In this document: one piece after another, positions 6,818-16,618 of the stretch
Layout of the letters: every line of letters starts with the position of its first letter
Numbering within the stretch: position 1 is the first letter of the stretch
NCBI GenBank assembly: GCA_016124905.1
Contig: WGMV01000008.1
Coordinates: 110,521-174,520, forward strand
Direction of reading: 5' to 3'
From: a bacterium
Lineage (GTDB): Bacteria > Pseudomonadota > Alphaproteobacteria > Rickettsiales > RI-342
Length of the DNA stretch: 64,000 bases
Notes under the pieces: generated by a model
What the model was told of the DNA's origin: nothing
The model's input: only the letters and a program-made list of their open reading frames with translations
The model's database searches: none
Position numbers and translations under genes: made by a program

Positions 6818-9211
6818 CTAGGCCAGTTCCTCGTCTTCATCTTCCAGCTGCAGACTATCGGGCAGTTTTTTGTTGCCCTTGCCTTTGGCGACCACTTTTT
6901 CCGGGCGGTAGCTGAACGTCAGCTTGCTGCCCGCCTTATCCACGCCAATGGCCACATTGCCGCCTTTGGAAAGCTTGCCGAAGAGCACTTCATCCGCCAA
7001 TGGCTTCTTGATCTCTTCCTGAATCAGGCGCGCCAGCGGGCGGGCACCGTTGCTGCGGTCGTAGCCATTGTCGCACAGGTAGTCGCGCGCCTTGGCCGTC
7101 AGCGTAATCGTGATGTTGCGCTCGGAAAGCTGTTCTTCCAGGCGGAAGATGAACTTGTTCACGATCATGCCCACCACCTCTTTCTCAAGGTGAGCAAAGC
7201 CGATGATCGCATCCAGGCGGTTGCGGAATTCCGGCGTGAACACACGCTGGATCGCCATCTGGTCCTCGCCCGCGCGGCTCACATCGCCAAAGCCGATCGG
7301 CGTTTTGCTGATTTCGGCCGCGCCTGCGTTACTGGTCATGATGATGATGGCATTGCGGAAATTCACGGTCTTGCCATTATTATCCGTCAGGCTGCCATAA
7401 TCCATCACCTGCAGCAGGATGTTATAAATATCGGGGTGCGCTTTCTCGATCTCATCAAGCAGCAGCACGCAATAAGGCTGGCGGTCCACCGCCTCGGTCA
7501 GCAACCCGCCCTGTTCGAAACCCACATAACCGGGGGGGGAGCCGATCAGGCGCGCCACGGCATGCTTTTCCATATATTCGGACATATCGAAGCGAATCAG
7601 CTCCATGCCCATCAAATGCGCAAGCGCTTTGGCCACCTCGGTTTTGCCCACGCCTGTGGGGCCGGTGAACAGGTAATTGCCGATCGGTTTTTCCATTTCG
7701 CGTAAACCCGCACGCGCCATCTTCACGGCGCTGGCAAGTGCCTCGATGGCCTTATCCTGGCCGAACACGGTCAGCTTCAGGTCGCCTTCAAGGTTACGCA
7801 GTTTCTCTGCATCATCGGCAGAGACGGACTTGGCTGGCATCCGCGCAATTTTCGCCACAATATCCTCGATCTCCCTGACGCCGATCACCTTGCGGCGGCG
7901 GCTTTCCGGCAGCAGCATCTGCGATGCGCCAGCTTCATCCAGCACGTCGATGGCCTTGTCCGGCAATTTGCGGTCCGTGATGAAACGGGCGGAGAGGTTG
8001 GCGGCGGCTTCCACCGCGGCCAGCGTGTAACGGATCTGGTGATGCTCTTCGTAATAGGGCTTCAACCCGCGCAGGATCTTCACCGTATCGTCAACCGAAG
8101 GCTCCTTCACGTCGATCTTCTGGAAGCGGCGCGCCAATGCACGGTCCTTCTCAAAGCTCGTGCGGTATTCGCCATAAGTCGTGGAACCCATGCAGCGGAA
8201 ATTGCCGCGTGCCAGCGCGGGCTTCAGCAGGTTGCCCGCATCCAGCGCACCGCCGCTGGTGGAACCAGCACCGATGACGGTATGAATTTCATCAATGAAC
8301 AGAACAGCCTGCGGCAGCTTCTCCACCTCATGGATCACCTGCTTCATGCGTTCTTCAAAATCACCGCGGTAGCGCGTACCGGCCATCAACGCGCCCATAT
8401 CAAGCGAGAAGATTACGGTCTTTTTCAGCACTTCCGGCACATTGTTTTTCACAATCCGCAGCGCCAGCCCTTCGGCGATGGCGGTTTTGCCCACGCCCGC
8501 TTCACCCACCAGCAGCGGGTTGTTTTTGCGGCGGCGGCAAAGGATCTGTATGGTGCGCTCGATCTCTTCCTCACGGCCAACCAGCACGTCGATACGGCCT
8601 TCGGCGGCGCGTTTATTGAGGTTCTGGCAATATTTCGCCAGCGCCGAGCTTTCCTCTTTTTCTTTCTCTTTCGCACCCGCATTGGCATTGCCCGCGCCCA
8701 GTTTGGCGGCAGCGGCGGCGGCCTGTTCGGGCGAGCCTTCCTCGTTGGCGGCAACGGGGGCAGGGCGCTCGGTATATTTCACGATGCCATGGCTGATATA
8801 GTTCACGATATCGATGCGTGCGATATCCTGCTCCTGCAGGAAATACACGGCATGGGAATCACGCTCGGAGAACAGCGCCACCAGCACGTTCGCACCCGTC
8901 ACTTCGCGTTTGCCTGCGGATTGCACATGGATGGCGGCGCGATGGATCACGCGTTGAAAACCGGCGGTCGGCTTGGCTTCTGCCAGCTCATCCACCACCA
9001 GGTCGGTCAGTTCATTCTCTAAAAATTCGCACAGATTCTGACGGAGTTCGATCAGGCTGGCACCACAGCCGCGCAGCACCACGCCCGCGTCGGGGTCTTC
9101 GGTCAGCGCCAGCAGCAAATGCTCCAGCGTGGCATATTCATGGCGATACTGCCGTGCAATGGCCAGGGCCCGGTGCAGGGTCATCTCTAGGTTTTTCGAC
9201 AGCATGGCCAT
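6818..9211 (-). CDS. clpA: ATP-dependent Clp protease ATP-binding subunit ClpA
   Basis: 797 aa with an N-terminal Clp repeat domain and two AAA+ modules (Walker A GEAGVGKTA and GPTGVGKTE). It lies directly downstream of clpS. Confidence 0.97.
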   Translation of the reverse strand: MAMLSKNLEMTLHRALAIARQYRHEYATLEHLLLALTEDPDAGVVLRGCGASLIELRQNLCEFLENELTDLVVDELAEAKPTAGFQRVIHRAAIHVQSAGKREVTGANVLVALFSERDSHAVYFLQEQDIARIDIVNYISHGIVKYTERPAPVAANEEGSPEQAAAAAAKLGAGNANAGAKEKEKEESSALAKYCQNLNKRAAEGRIDVLVGREEEIERTIQILCRRRKNNPLLVGEAGVGKTAIAEGLALRIVKNNVPEVLKKTVIFSLDMGALMAGTRYRGDFEERMKQVIHEVEKLPQAVLFIDEIHTVIGAGSTSGGALDAGNLLKPALARGNFRCMGSTTYGEYRTSFEKDRALARRFQKIDVKEPSVDDTVKILRGLKPYYEEHHQIRYTLAAVEAAANLSARFITDRKLPDKAIDVLDEAGASQMLLPESRRRKVIGVREIEDIVAKIARMPAKSVSADDAEKLRNLEGDLKLTVFGQDKAIEALASAVKMARAGLREMEKPIGNYLFTGPTGVGKTEVAKALAHLMGMELIRFDMSEYMEKHAVARLIGSPPGYVGFEQGGLLTEAVDRQPYCVLLLDEIEKAHPDIYNILLQVMDYGSLTDNNGKTVNFRNAIIIMTSNAGAAEISKTPIGFGDVSRAGEDQMAIQRVFTPEFRNRLDAIIGFAHLEKEVVGMIVNKFIFRLEEQLSERNITITLTAKARDYLCDNGYDRSNGARPLARLIQEEIKKPLADEVLFGKLSKGGNVAIGVDKAGSKLTFSYRPEKVVAKGKGNKKLPDSLQLEDEDEELA

Positions 9212-9271
9212 AGCCTAACTCCTGGATATCAGATAGGTCTCCACGTCATGGATAAAAGGGGCTGGTAAAAA

Positions 9272-9709
9272 TTAGCTTATCGCGGGCTTGGGCTCCGGTT
9301 CCACCACGCATTGCAGCGGGTGTCCCTGGCTTTGGGCCTTTTCGATGACGATCTCGGCCTTGGTTTCGGCGATGTCGCGGGTGTAAACCCCGCAAATGCC
9401 GCTGCCTAAATTATGGATGTCCAGCATGATGCGGGTGGCATCGGCCTGGCTGCGGTTGAAGACCTCCATCAGGGTGGTCACCACAAAATCCATCGGCGTG
9501 TAATCGTCATTTAGCATCACCACCTTGTACATCGGCGGGCGAACGGCCAGAACCTTGGTTCGTGTGGCCAGCTCTACCGCGCCGGATGCCACCACAAGTG
9601 GCGGTGCCGTCAGCGTGTCACTATCAGCGTCCTTATCCATGTCACAGATCAATGGGGAATCCCCCATGTAACCCATGATGCCGGATAACATTGAAAAATC
9701 GTTTAACAC
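9272..9709 (-). CDS. clpS: ATP-dependent Clp protease adaptor ClpS
   Basis: The core [30 protein letters not shown] is typical of ClpS. The start is uncertain because there are several in-frame Met within the first 24 codons. Confidence 0.92.
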   Translation of the reverse strand: MLNDFSMLSGIMGYMGDSPLICDMDKDADSDTLTAPPLVVASGAVELATRTKVLAVRPPMYKVVMLNDDYTPMDFVVTTLMEVFNRSQADATRIMLDIHNLGSGICGVYTRDIAETKAEIVIEKAQSQGHPLQCVVEPEPKPAIS

Positions 9710-9805
9710 GAGCTTGCCAAAGCCTTAATTTCTGCGGTTTTTACGCGATAATGGCATTTTACGCCAAATGAGAACAGGTTTCAATTGGTTGATGAACCAT
9801 ATTAT

Positions 9806-9900
9806 CCCTCACCCTGATAGGGAGAAGGGGGGATATGTAATGCATGGCAAGGCTGTAACCTTGCTCCCTTTCCCCTTGAGGGAGAGGGCTGGGGTGAGGG
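9806..9900. repeat. nested imperfect palindrome CCCTCACCC ... GGGTGAGGG (REP/RIME-like element)
   Basis: The outer arms at 9806-9814 and 9892-9900 are exact reverse complements. Inner G-rich and C-rich arms are AGGGAGAAGGGG and CCCTTTCCCCT. It lies between clpS and eno. Confidence 0.6.
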
Positions 9901-9946
9901 GGTATCTTCTTGACGCCATACCCATCTCCCCCTAGGTAATCCCTGA

Positions 9947-11278
<1,332 letters not shown>

Positions 11279-11288
11279 GGTAGATTTT

Positions 11289-11327
11289 GTCATTCCCGGG
11301 CACGCATCGCGTGAACCGGGAATCCAT
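11289..11327. repeat. GTCATTCC-hairpin-GGAATCCAT element, single copy
   Basis: GTCATTCCCGGGCACGCATCGCGTGAACCGGGAATCCAT, immediately after the eno stop. Confidence 0.65.
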
Positions 11328-11400
11328 GCATCATCCATCGTGACCTTGCCTCCCGGCTCCATTATAAAAGGTCGAAACCACGCTTCAGGGAGCGCCTCAT

Positions 11401-11811
11401 ATGACCACCCGCCGCCGAGTCTTCCGCAGCCGCCGAAGCAGCCGCATGAACTGGTGGGTGATGCTGGCCGCCCTGCTTGGGCTGGTGCTGGTAATCCTCG
11501 CCGTGCGTCTGGTGTTTGGCGATCGCGGCTTTCTCGCCCTGGTGCGCAAGCAGCATCAGGAGGCCGCCATCCAGACAGAAGCCGACACCGCCACCAAACA
11601 GCGGCTGGAAATGGACAGCAAGGTGAAGCTGCTTCAGGATGGCTCGCTCGACCTCGACATGCTGGAAGAGCAGGCCAAAAAGAACCTCGGCTACGCCCAC
11701 CCTGATGAGCGCGTCATCCTCCTCAAGCCCGAATCCGAAGCCAAGGAAACCGCCCCCACCCCCGGCGACCCCGGCAAAAGCGCCGGCACCAGCCCCGGCG
11801 CGGATCACTAG
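11401..11811 (+). CDS. ftsB: septum formation initiator (FtsB/DivIC family)
   Basis: A single N-terminal TM (WWVMLAALLGLVLVILAV) is followed by a coiled coil and the LDLDMLEEQAKKNLGY motif. The eno-ftsB synteny is conserved. Confidence 0.8.
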   Translation: MTTRRRVFRSRRSSRMNWWVMLAALLGLVLVILAVRLVFGDRGFLALVRKQHQEAAIQTEADTATKQRLEMDSKVKLLQDGSLDLDMLEEQAKKNLGYAHPDERVILLKPESEAKETAPTPGDPGKSAGTSPGADH

Positions 11812-11847
11812 GCCGTTCTGCCCTACAAAGCCCCACTCCTCACGAAC

Positions 11848-11941
11848 GTCATTCCGGCGCAGGCCGGAATCCATTCATCTGTTCATTGAACAACAAGACC
11901 ATTCCATAACACAACTTGTTCCGGCCCTGCGCCGGAATGAC
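11848..11941. repeat. ~94-bp MITE-like unit bounded by inverted GTCATTCCGGCGCAGGCCGGAA hairpin arms
   Basis: The left arm is 11848-11874 (GTCATTCCGGCGCAGGCCGGAATCCAT). The right arm at 11919-11941 is its reverse complement with one extra G. Confidence 0.65.
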
Positions 11942-12004
11942 GAGCAAGATGCACGACGGAGCATTGACATTGCTATAGCAGCCGAACACACGCCGCGCGC
12001 TCTA

Positions 12005-12037
12005 CAAACAAAAAGGGCCAGCCCGAAGGCTGGCCCT
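12005..12037 (-). terminator. rho-independent terminator after the pilin-like gene
   Basis: Stem AGGGCCAGCC / GGCTGGCCCT with a 4-nt loop. On the minus strand it is followed by TTTTTGTTTGT. Confidence 0.75.
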
Positions 12038-12056
12038 TAAACTTAGTGCACTCAGC

Positions 12057-12848
12057 TTAGTTCATGCGAACGCGCAGGGCGCATACTGGTTGGGTATACT
12101 GGGTGTTGTAATCATCCGCAGGGGTTACTGTGGTGCTGGTATCAGTATCCACCAGGCAGTTTGCAGCACCGGCGGCGCCTACAGTGGTCGGTGCGGCCAT
12201 CGTGGCAGCGCCGACAGCTTGAGCAATACCCGTGAGAGGTTTGCTATCATCCATTTTATCATCCAGCACGAAAGCCTCGTCCGGAGCCAGCGTCAGACTG
12301 AATACGCCAGCAATCGTCGCGGCAGTGGCAGAGTTTGCGCCAACCAGATAGTTATTATAACCGTTCACAGCCAGAGCGATGATACCGCCACGGCCATGTT
12401 TGGATTGCGGAAAGTTGGTGCCAACGGTGGGGGAAGTTGCCGTCACAGCAGTAAAGGTTGTGGGCGACATATTTGCGCCGGACAGATGTACCCAGAAGTT
12501 TTCAATTTCGGCGTTATAGTTGGTAATGACGCCGGTACCATCTTGAATCAGACCGTTGCCGTTACCGTTAGCGCCTCCAAGACCGAAGGCCACGGCGCGG
12601 TTAATATCGCCCGGAATGGCATTGAACTTACCACGAAAGGTACTGACGGATGTATTCGTCTGCTCAATCTGACTGATAGTCGAACGCAGCTGGGCGGATT
12701 TAATGAGGTTTTGCCCCACCAATACCCCGCTGATGATCAGACCGATAATCACGAGTACGATGGATAATTCCACCAGTGTGAAGCCTTCTTGGCCGGCTTG
12801 GGCCTTAATAGGACGCGACTGCGTACGAGACATGGATTTCCCCTTCAT
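12057..12848 (-). CDS. prepilin-type N-terminal cleavage/methylation domain protein (pilin or pseudopilin-like)
   Basis: AGQEG|FTLVELSIVLVIIGLI is a class III signal peptide with Gly-1, Phe+1 and Glu+5. The likely true start is ATG 12833 (AAGGGGA SD), which gives a 17-aa leader. Confidence 0.8.
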   Translation of the reverse strand: MKGKSMSRTQSRPIKAQAGQEGFTLVELSIVLVIIGLIISGVLVGQNLIKSAQLRSTISQIEQTNTSVSTFRGKFNAIPGDINRAVAFGLGGANGNGNGLIQDGTGVITNYNAEIENFWVHLSGANMSPTTFTAVTATSPTVGTNFPQSKHGRGGIIALAVNGYNNYLVGANSATAATIAGVFSLTLAPDEAFVLDDKMDDSKPLTGIAQAVGAATMAAPTTVGAAGAANCLVDTDTSTTVTPADDYNTQYTQPVCALRVRMN

Positions 12849-12938
12849 GGTAAATGTCTATTAAACCTCACCCTACGCGCCATCCGTAAAGGAAAGGTAA
12901 AGATGAAACAAAATTGAAACAAATGTTTTTCAAGCACA

Positions 12939-12968
12939 TAACAAAAAACCCCGCCGGAGCGGGGTTTT
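12939..12968 (-). terminator. rho-independent terminator after the DUF1013 gene
   Basis: Stem AAAACCCCGC / GCGGGGTTTT with loop CGGA. A-run and T-run flanks mean it could act in both directions. Confidence 0.75.
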
Positions 12969-12989
12969 GAGGGGGCGCTCTAAAAAGCT

Positions 12990-13577
12990 TTATTCTTCAG
13001 AGGTTTGCTGGTCAACGCTTACGGCGGGCTCCAGGCGCAGGCGCGCCACCGTCTTATCCAAATCGATCTGGGTGCACAGCCCCAGCAGCACGGGGTCGCG
13101 CGGTTTGATGCTGCTCATGTTCCAGTGGCTGCGGTCGCGGATGGCCGCGATGGTGGATTTCGTCGTGCCGATCAGCTTGATGATCGCGCCATCGGTGATG
13201 GCCGGGTAATTCTTGATGAGCCATGCAATCGCATCCGGCTTGTCGCGGCGGCGCGCCACCGGGGTGTAACGGGTGCCTTTGGTTTTCAGCTGCAGGTATT
13301 CCACCGCGCCCTTGGCCATTTCCAGTTTCTTTTTCGGGTCTTTTTCGCAGGCCTCGATATTCTCGCGGGTCAGCTGGCCATTGGCGATCTGGTCCATGCC
13401 GATGATGCCCTGCGCGACTTCGCCATCGGCGATGCCCTGAACTTCCAGCGGGTGCATGGAGCAGAACTCGGCGATCTGGTCGAAGGAAAGGCCGGTATTT
13501 TCCACCAGCCACACGGCCGTTGCCTTGGGCATCAGCGGTGTGTTAAGGACGGGGGCTTTTTTCTGGGTGCTCGCCAT
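12990..13577 (-). CDS. DUF1013-family protein (alphaproteobacterial TrcR-like regulator family)
   Basis: MASTQKKAPVLNTPLMPKATAVWLVENTGLSFDQIAEFC... resembles the conserved alphaproteobacterial DUF1013 proteins as I remember them. Start moved from 13649 to ATG 13577. Confidence 0.75.
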   Translation of the reverse strand: MASTQKKAPVLNTPLMPKATAVWLVENTGLSFDQIAEFCSMHPLEVQGIADGEVAQGIIGMDQIANGQLTRENIEACEKDPKKKLEMAKGAVEYLQLKTKGTRYTPVARRRDKPDAIAWLIKNYPAITDGAIIKLIGTTKSTIAAIRDRSHWNMSSIKPRDPVLLGLCTQIDLDKTVARLRLEPAVSVDQQTSEE

Positions 13578-13587
13578 GGCGTGCCTC

Positions 13588-14586
13588 TTAAACGGTAAGA
13601 ATGATTTTTCCAGTGTTCGCATGCTGCCGGAGGATGGACAAAGCCCCATCGGCTTCGGCCAGTGGCATCACGCGGTCGATGACCGGCCTTATGCCAGATG
13701 AATGGCCATATGGCCAGTGATTTTCGCGAATAATCCGGGCCCAGGCCCGTTTTTGGGCGATTTTTTGCGCCCTGAGCATCATTCCCCGCCATTCCAGCTG
13801 CTTCACCAGCAGCCCGCCGAGCTTCAACTGGGCTTCCGCGCCCCCCTGCATGGCCAGCGTCACAATACGCCCGCCCGGTGCCGCCATGGCCATGTTATCC
13901 GCCGCCCGTTCCGCCCCCACCGTGTCGATGATCACATCCACGCCACGGCCGCCGGTCAGCTCTTTCACCGTTTCCGTCAGCTTTTGCGTGCGATGGTTAA
14001 TGGGCAACACCCCCAGGCGTTTCAAGATGACGCATCGCTCATCTGATGAAGCCGTGCCGATCACCAGCGCCCCAAGCCGCAACGCCAACTGTGCCATAAT
14101 GGGGCCAATGCCCCCCGCTGCGCCATAAATCAGCACCCTGTCGCCGCGCTTCAGTTTTCCTCCGGCCTTCAAGGCCATCCACCCCGTCATCAGCCCTTCG
14201 GGCAAACCCGCGGCCTCCTGCAGTTTAGCTTTAGAGGGCAGGGGGAACACCAGCCCTGCATCCGCCAGCGCATATTCCGCATAGGCCCCGCCATCCACCA
14301 GCGCCGCCACATACTGGCCGACCACGGCAGCATCCACACCCTTGCCAGTCGCTACCACCTGGCCGGAAAGCTCCAGCCCGGGAATCGGGCTCATGCCCGG
14401 CCTGAGTGGATAGGCTCCTTCCGCCTGATACAGATCCGCCCGGTTCACCCCGATTGCCGCCACCTTAATCAGCATTTCCCCCTTGCCCGGGCGCGGGGTG
14501 ATGCAGCGCTCATGATGCAGGCTGCCATCGGGCTTGTCATGCGTCAGCCAGCCATGCATGCTGGTGGGGATGGAAGGTGTTCTCAT
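13588..14586 (-). CDS. NAD(P)H:quinone oxidoreductase (MDR / zeta-crystallin family)
   Basis: LIKVAAIGVNRADLYQAEGAYP plus the nucleotide-binding stretch VLIYGAAGGIGP. Start is 14586 (MRTPS...) or 14610. Confidence 0.85.
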   Translation of the reverse strand: MRTPSIPTSMHGWLTHDKPDGSLHHERCITPRPGKGEMLIKVAAIGVNRADLYQAEGAYPLRPGMSPIPGLELSGQVVATGKGVDAAVVGQYVAALVDGGAYAEYALADAGLVFPLPSKAKLQEAAGLPEGLMTGWMALKAGGKLKRGDRVLIYGAAGGIGPIMAQLALRLGALVIGTASSDERCVILKRLGVLPINHRTQKLTETVKELTGGRGVDVIIDTVGAERAADNMAMAAPGGRIVTLAMQGGAEAQLKLGGLLVKQLEWRGMMLRAQKIAQKRAWARIIRENHWPYGHSSGIRPVIDRVMPLAEADGALSILRQHANTGKIILTV

Positions 14587-14620
14587 AAGATTAGTATGAA
14601 ACCCCGCCACTCAAAATACC

Positions 14621-14652
14621 ATACAAAAAACCCTGCCGCGAAGGGCAGGGTT
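14621..14652 (-). terminator. rho-independent terminator after 14676-15266
   Basis: Stem AACCCTGCC / GGCAGGGTT. On the minus strand it is followed by TTTTGTAT. Confidence 0.7.
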
Positions 14653-14675
14653 CCATGTCGCGATGCCACGCTAAC

Positions 14676-15266
14676 CTAGGTCACCTCAGAGAGCGGCGGG
14701 AAGATACGCACATTCGTATGGCGCTCACCAAACAGGTAATCGCGCTGCAGCTTCTCGCGATGCTCAAACGTCGGCATCCCTTCGCCCGTCAGCACGATGG
14801 TGGAATAATCCGGCAGGTTGAAGGTCGGGCCCGCCAGCATCTTCTCACGCAGGTTTTCCAAGCGGTCGCCGCGCACGTTCACATAGGCGAAGTTACGGCC
14901 CTGGTTGTCGTCATAGCCCTGCATGTAAAGAATGCAGAATACCTTATCCATCACCATTTTCTCGCGATATTCGAGCTTCATCGGCCATTCGTTGCCGGGC
15001 TCCACGTCCAGATTGTCCGGCTCGGGCACTTCCTCGCCCATACGGCTCATCACCAGCTGGCCGCACATGGAGCTGGCCCGGTTGAGCTTGGAGGCGATGT
15101 TCTCAATCACTTCAAGGTCTTCCACACCGAAAATGGCGATGGTGCCGACCTTGAGAAAATCCACATTACCGATGCGGAAATCAGGCTGTTTCTTCGGGGC
15201 CGGTTTGGCTTCCCCGGTAACGCCGCCGCTTTTCTTGACGTTAGAGCTCCATTTGGGGCTGTTCAT
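14676..15266 (-). CDS. hypothetical protein whose C-terminal ~90 aa is a third copy of the small-partner domain
   Basis: ATG 15266 with an AGGAA SD; the track ORF starts at TTG 15287. The C-terminal stretch VFCILYMQG...NFAYVNV...YSTIVLTGEGMPTFEHREKLQRDY aligns with 5226-5504 and 42841-43113. Confidence 0.7.
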   Translation of the reverse strand: MNSPKWSSNVKKSGGVTGEAKPAPKKQPDFRIGNVDFLKVGTIAIFGVEDLEVIENIASKLNRASSMCGQLVMSRMGEEVPEPDNLDVEPGNEWPMKLEYREKMVMDKVFCILYMQGYDDNQGRNFAYVNVRGDRLENLREKMLAGPTFNLPDYSTIVLTGEGMPTFEHREKLQRDYLFGERHTNVRIFPPLSEVT

Positions 15267-15430
15267 GCTCAGTCGTTCCTGCTGCAAATTTTTATCTGGT
15301 TACTTTGACGAAACAAGGCCTTGTGTCAACGCAATTCACCATGTTTTCTAACGGACGAGCGTTAACAATTCATGACAAAGCCGGCAAAACAACAAGCATT
15401 TCAGCGGTTCTTTATCTCCACCTCTCACCC

Positions 15431-15526
15431 GTCATTCCAGCGAAAGCTGGAATCCATACGGCGGTTCAACAATGACAGACCTTAAGGATGCGGCCACATG
15501 CTGGATTCCAGCTTTCGCTGGAATCC
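15431..15526. repeat. ~96-bp MITE-like unit bounded by inverted ATTCCAGCGAAAGCTGGAATCCA hairpin arms
   Basis: The left arm is 15431-15457 (GTCATTCCAGCGAAAGCTGGAATCCAT). The right arm is 15503-15526 (GGATTCCAGCTTTCGCTGGAATCC). Confidence 0.65.
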
Positions 15527-15534
15527 AGCCTCTA

Positions 15535-16551
15535 TCAAGCCGCTAAACCACTAATTCCCTTGGTGGTGGAATATTCAAAATGCAGCACCTCACCCGGATA
15601 GGCCACCTCACGCGCTGCATGCGCCGCCATCGCGGCCTCTGAAAATCCACACAGGATCAGCTTCAGCTTGCCGGGATAATGCGCAATATCCCCAATGGCG
15701 AAAATACCCTTTTTGTTGGTCTCCAGCGTGGTCTGATTCACGCCGATATGGTGCTTTTCCAGGTTCAGCCCCCAATCCGCAATCGGCCCCAGCTCCATCG
15801 CCAGCCCGAAGAAGGGCAACAGCGCATCCGCTTCAAGCTTTCGGTCTTCACCTTCCAGCGTGCGCACAATCACGCTGGAAATCTGCGTACCGCTGCCTTC
15901 CAGCGCATGCAGTTGATAGGGCACCACCATTTCTACTTTGCCCGATTTGGTCAGCTCATCCAGGCGGGAGACCGATTCCGGCGCCGCGCGGAATTTCGGC
16001 CGCCGGTGCACCAGCTGCACGCTTTCCGCCAGCTCCGCCAGCGAAATGGCCCAGTCCACGGCGGAATCCCCGCCGCCCGCAATCACCACCCTCTTATCGC
16101 GAAACGCCTCACGGCTTTTCACCATGTAAAAGACGCTATGCCCTTCATATTGCTCAATACCTTCCATCGGCGGCCGGTTGGGGCCGAACGCCCCGCACCC
16201 TGCGGCAATGATCACCGCCTTGCTGGTGATGCTCACGCCTTTGCTGGTCGTCACCGTCCATTCGCCACTTGCCTCCTGCTTCAACCCCATCACCTGCTGT
16301 CCTAAGTGGTAGGTTGGGGCAAAAGGCGCAGCCTGCAATTCCAGCTGGTTGATCAGCTCGGCGGCATCAATCTTCGGATGGCCGGGAATGTCATAAATCG
16401 GCTTTTCCGGATAAAGCGCCGTGCACTGGCCGCCGGTAAAATCCAGCGTATCCACCACATGGCAGCGCATTTTCAGCATGCCTGCCTCAAAAATGGCGAA
16501 CAGCCCGACCGGGCCCGCGCCGATGATGGTAATGTCAGTCGTATGATGCAT
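15535..16551 (-). CDS. ferredoxin-NADP+ reductase, thioredoxin-reductase-like type
   Basis: FAD motif [16 protein letters not shown] motif [13 protein letters not shown] and C-terminal [13 protein letters not shown]...FEYSTTKG. Start moved to ATG 16551 (AGGAACAAGG SD); the track start at 16575 is TTG. Confidence 0.85.
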   Translation of the reverse strand: MHHTTDITIIGAGPVGLFAIFEAGMLKMRCHVVDTLDFTGGQCTALYPEKPIYDIPGHPKIDAAELINQLELQAAPFAPTYHLGQQVMGLKQEASGEWTVTTSKGVSITSKAVIIAAGCGAFGPNRPPMEGIEQYEGHSVFYMVKSREAFRDKRVVIAGGGDSAVDWAISLAELAESVQLVHRRPKFRAAPESVSRLDELTKSGKVEMVVPYQLHALEGSGTQISSVIVRTLEGEDRKLEADALLPFFGLAMELGPIADWGLNLEKHHIGVNQTTLETNKKGIFAIGDIAHYPGKLKLILCGFSEAAMAAHAAREVAYPGEVLHFEYSTTKGISGLAA

Positions 16552-16618
16552 AAGCCTTGTTCCTGAAGCGGACAATCCCTATACAACACCCATCCCGTAA
16601 CGAACAATTCAAAAACAT

